17,704 nucleotides of DNA. It comes from Chlamydiota bacterium (GTDB lineage: Bacteria > Chlamydiota > Chlamydiia > Chlamydiales > SM23-39). Under the pieces are notes generated by a model. It searched no databases. It was not told the DNA's origin and saw only the letters and a list, made by a program, of their open reading frames with translations. Shown one piece after another: positions 17,340 through 17,704 of this stretch (the first letter of the stretch is position 1; every line of letters starts with the position of its first letter). The stretch covers positions 1 to 17,704 of the forward strand of contig JBCDEZ010000032.1 in assembly GCA_039179045.1 (NCBI GenBank), written 5' to 3'. The translations under genes and the position numbers were made by a program.

Positions 17340-17471
17340 ATGGAAGAGTGTGGAGTGTTAGGATCCGAGCTTGATGCGTCCACATTCTTGGACCGTTTCT
17401 ACAGGTCAATATCTCTCGAATTGCACGGTCTTGTGCCATGGGTCTGCTACGCTTTTTCTTTCCCCATCTAG
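17340..17471 (+). CDS. 43-aa small ORF, or the in-frame C-terminal remnant of the upstream gene
   Basis: MEECGVLGSELDASTFLDRFYRSISLELHGLVPWVCYAFSFPI*. Same frame as 16680-17321, with AAGGTG 9 nt upstream, ending just before the terminator. Too short for the supplied ORF track. Confidence 0.4.
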   Translation: MEECGVLGSELDASTFLDRFYRSISLELHGLVPWVCYAFSFPI

Positions 17472-17485
17472 AGCTTGGGGCATGC

Positions 17486-17508
17486 GGACTCAGAAAAGAG
17501 TCCTTTTT
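17486..17508 (+). terminator. Rho-independent terminator
   Basis: GGACTC-AGAAAA-GAGTCC perfect 6-bp stem followed directly by TTTTT. Lies between the + frame ending at 17471 and the - frame ending at 17525. Confidence 0.7.
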
Positions 17509-17524
17509 AAGCCACATAATCATG

Positions 17525-17704
17525 TTAACAGATTTCCTGTCGGAATAAAATGTTCGAACCGACTACTCCTACAATTCTTGGGTCCGTTCCGGGATCGATT
17601 GCTTCAGGAGACCCTTCTCCATTTGGATTTACAGGATCTCCCTCGCTGTCATCCTCGGGTAGCTTTGTCAAAGATGCCTTCACCTTCTCATCTTTCGCGG
17701 CTCC
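17525..17704 (-). CDS. 3' end of a hypothetical protein continuing beyond the window (acidic, Gly/Pro-rich)
   Basis: Open from the window edge to TAA 17527-17525: ...GAAKDEKVKASLTKLPEDDSEGDPVNPNGEGSPEAIDPGTDPRIVGVVGSNILFRQEIC*. About half of its codons start with G, a coding-like bias. Confidence 0.55.
   Translation of the reverse strand, partial: GAAKDEKVKASLTKLPEDDSEGDPVNPNGEGSPEAIDPGTDPRIVGVVGSNILFRQEIC

Noticed and set aside
17319..17360. Selenocysteine recoding of TGA 17319
   Set aside because: No convincing SECIS hairpin follows the UGA, and there is no redox-motif context.
17335..17523. 62-aa minus-strand ORF in the track
   Set aside because: It crosses the terminator hairpin, lies antisense to the + frame 17322-17471, and has no Shine-Dalgarno or recognisable motif.
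17511..17529. dif-like sequence GCCACATAATCATGTTAAC
   Set aside because: It resembles pieces of both Xer arms, but the 6-bp central spacer is missing, so the geometry is wrong.
17550..17704. Plus-strand Ser/Pro/Thr-rich ORF start (MFEPTTPTILGSVPGS...), resembling an effector N-terminus
   Set aside because: It is the antisense shadow of the minus frame, which has much stronger first-position G bias. It is disfavoured but not fully excluded.

Overview
Mostly core-genome DNA from a member of the Chlamydiota, probably a non-Chlamydiaceae lineage. This is inferred from the Pkn1-type kinase/FGE fusion, the short RodZ, RNase HIII and the DATCGLV variant of IspH. Gene order: xerD (+), converging on a long minus-strand block that is transcribed rnhC > DUF378 > TIGR01777 epimerase > Yip1 > gatC-gatA-gatB > outer membrane factor > membrane fusion protein > MdtB/C-like RND permease. 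A divergent plus-strand block follows: rodZ > pkn1 > ispH. The last ~1.2 kb is accessory. A ~25% GC spacer with a clear sigma66/70 promoter drives an orphan gene built from two ~93%-identical 228-bp units, each encoding an Inc-like bilobed hydrophobic hairpin. Its frame continues past a single TGA for 49 more codons up to an intrinsic terminator, which faces the 3' end of a convergent partial gene. I found no rRNA, tRNA, CRISPR array or mobile element. I cannot support a complete new multi-gene system. The best leads are the duplicated Inc-like gene with its in-frame stop, and a Pkn1 lacking both the catalytic Lys and Asp.
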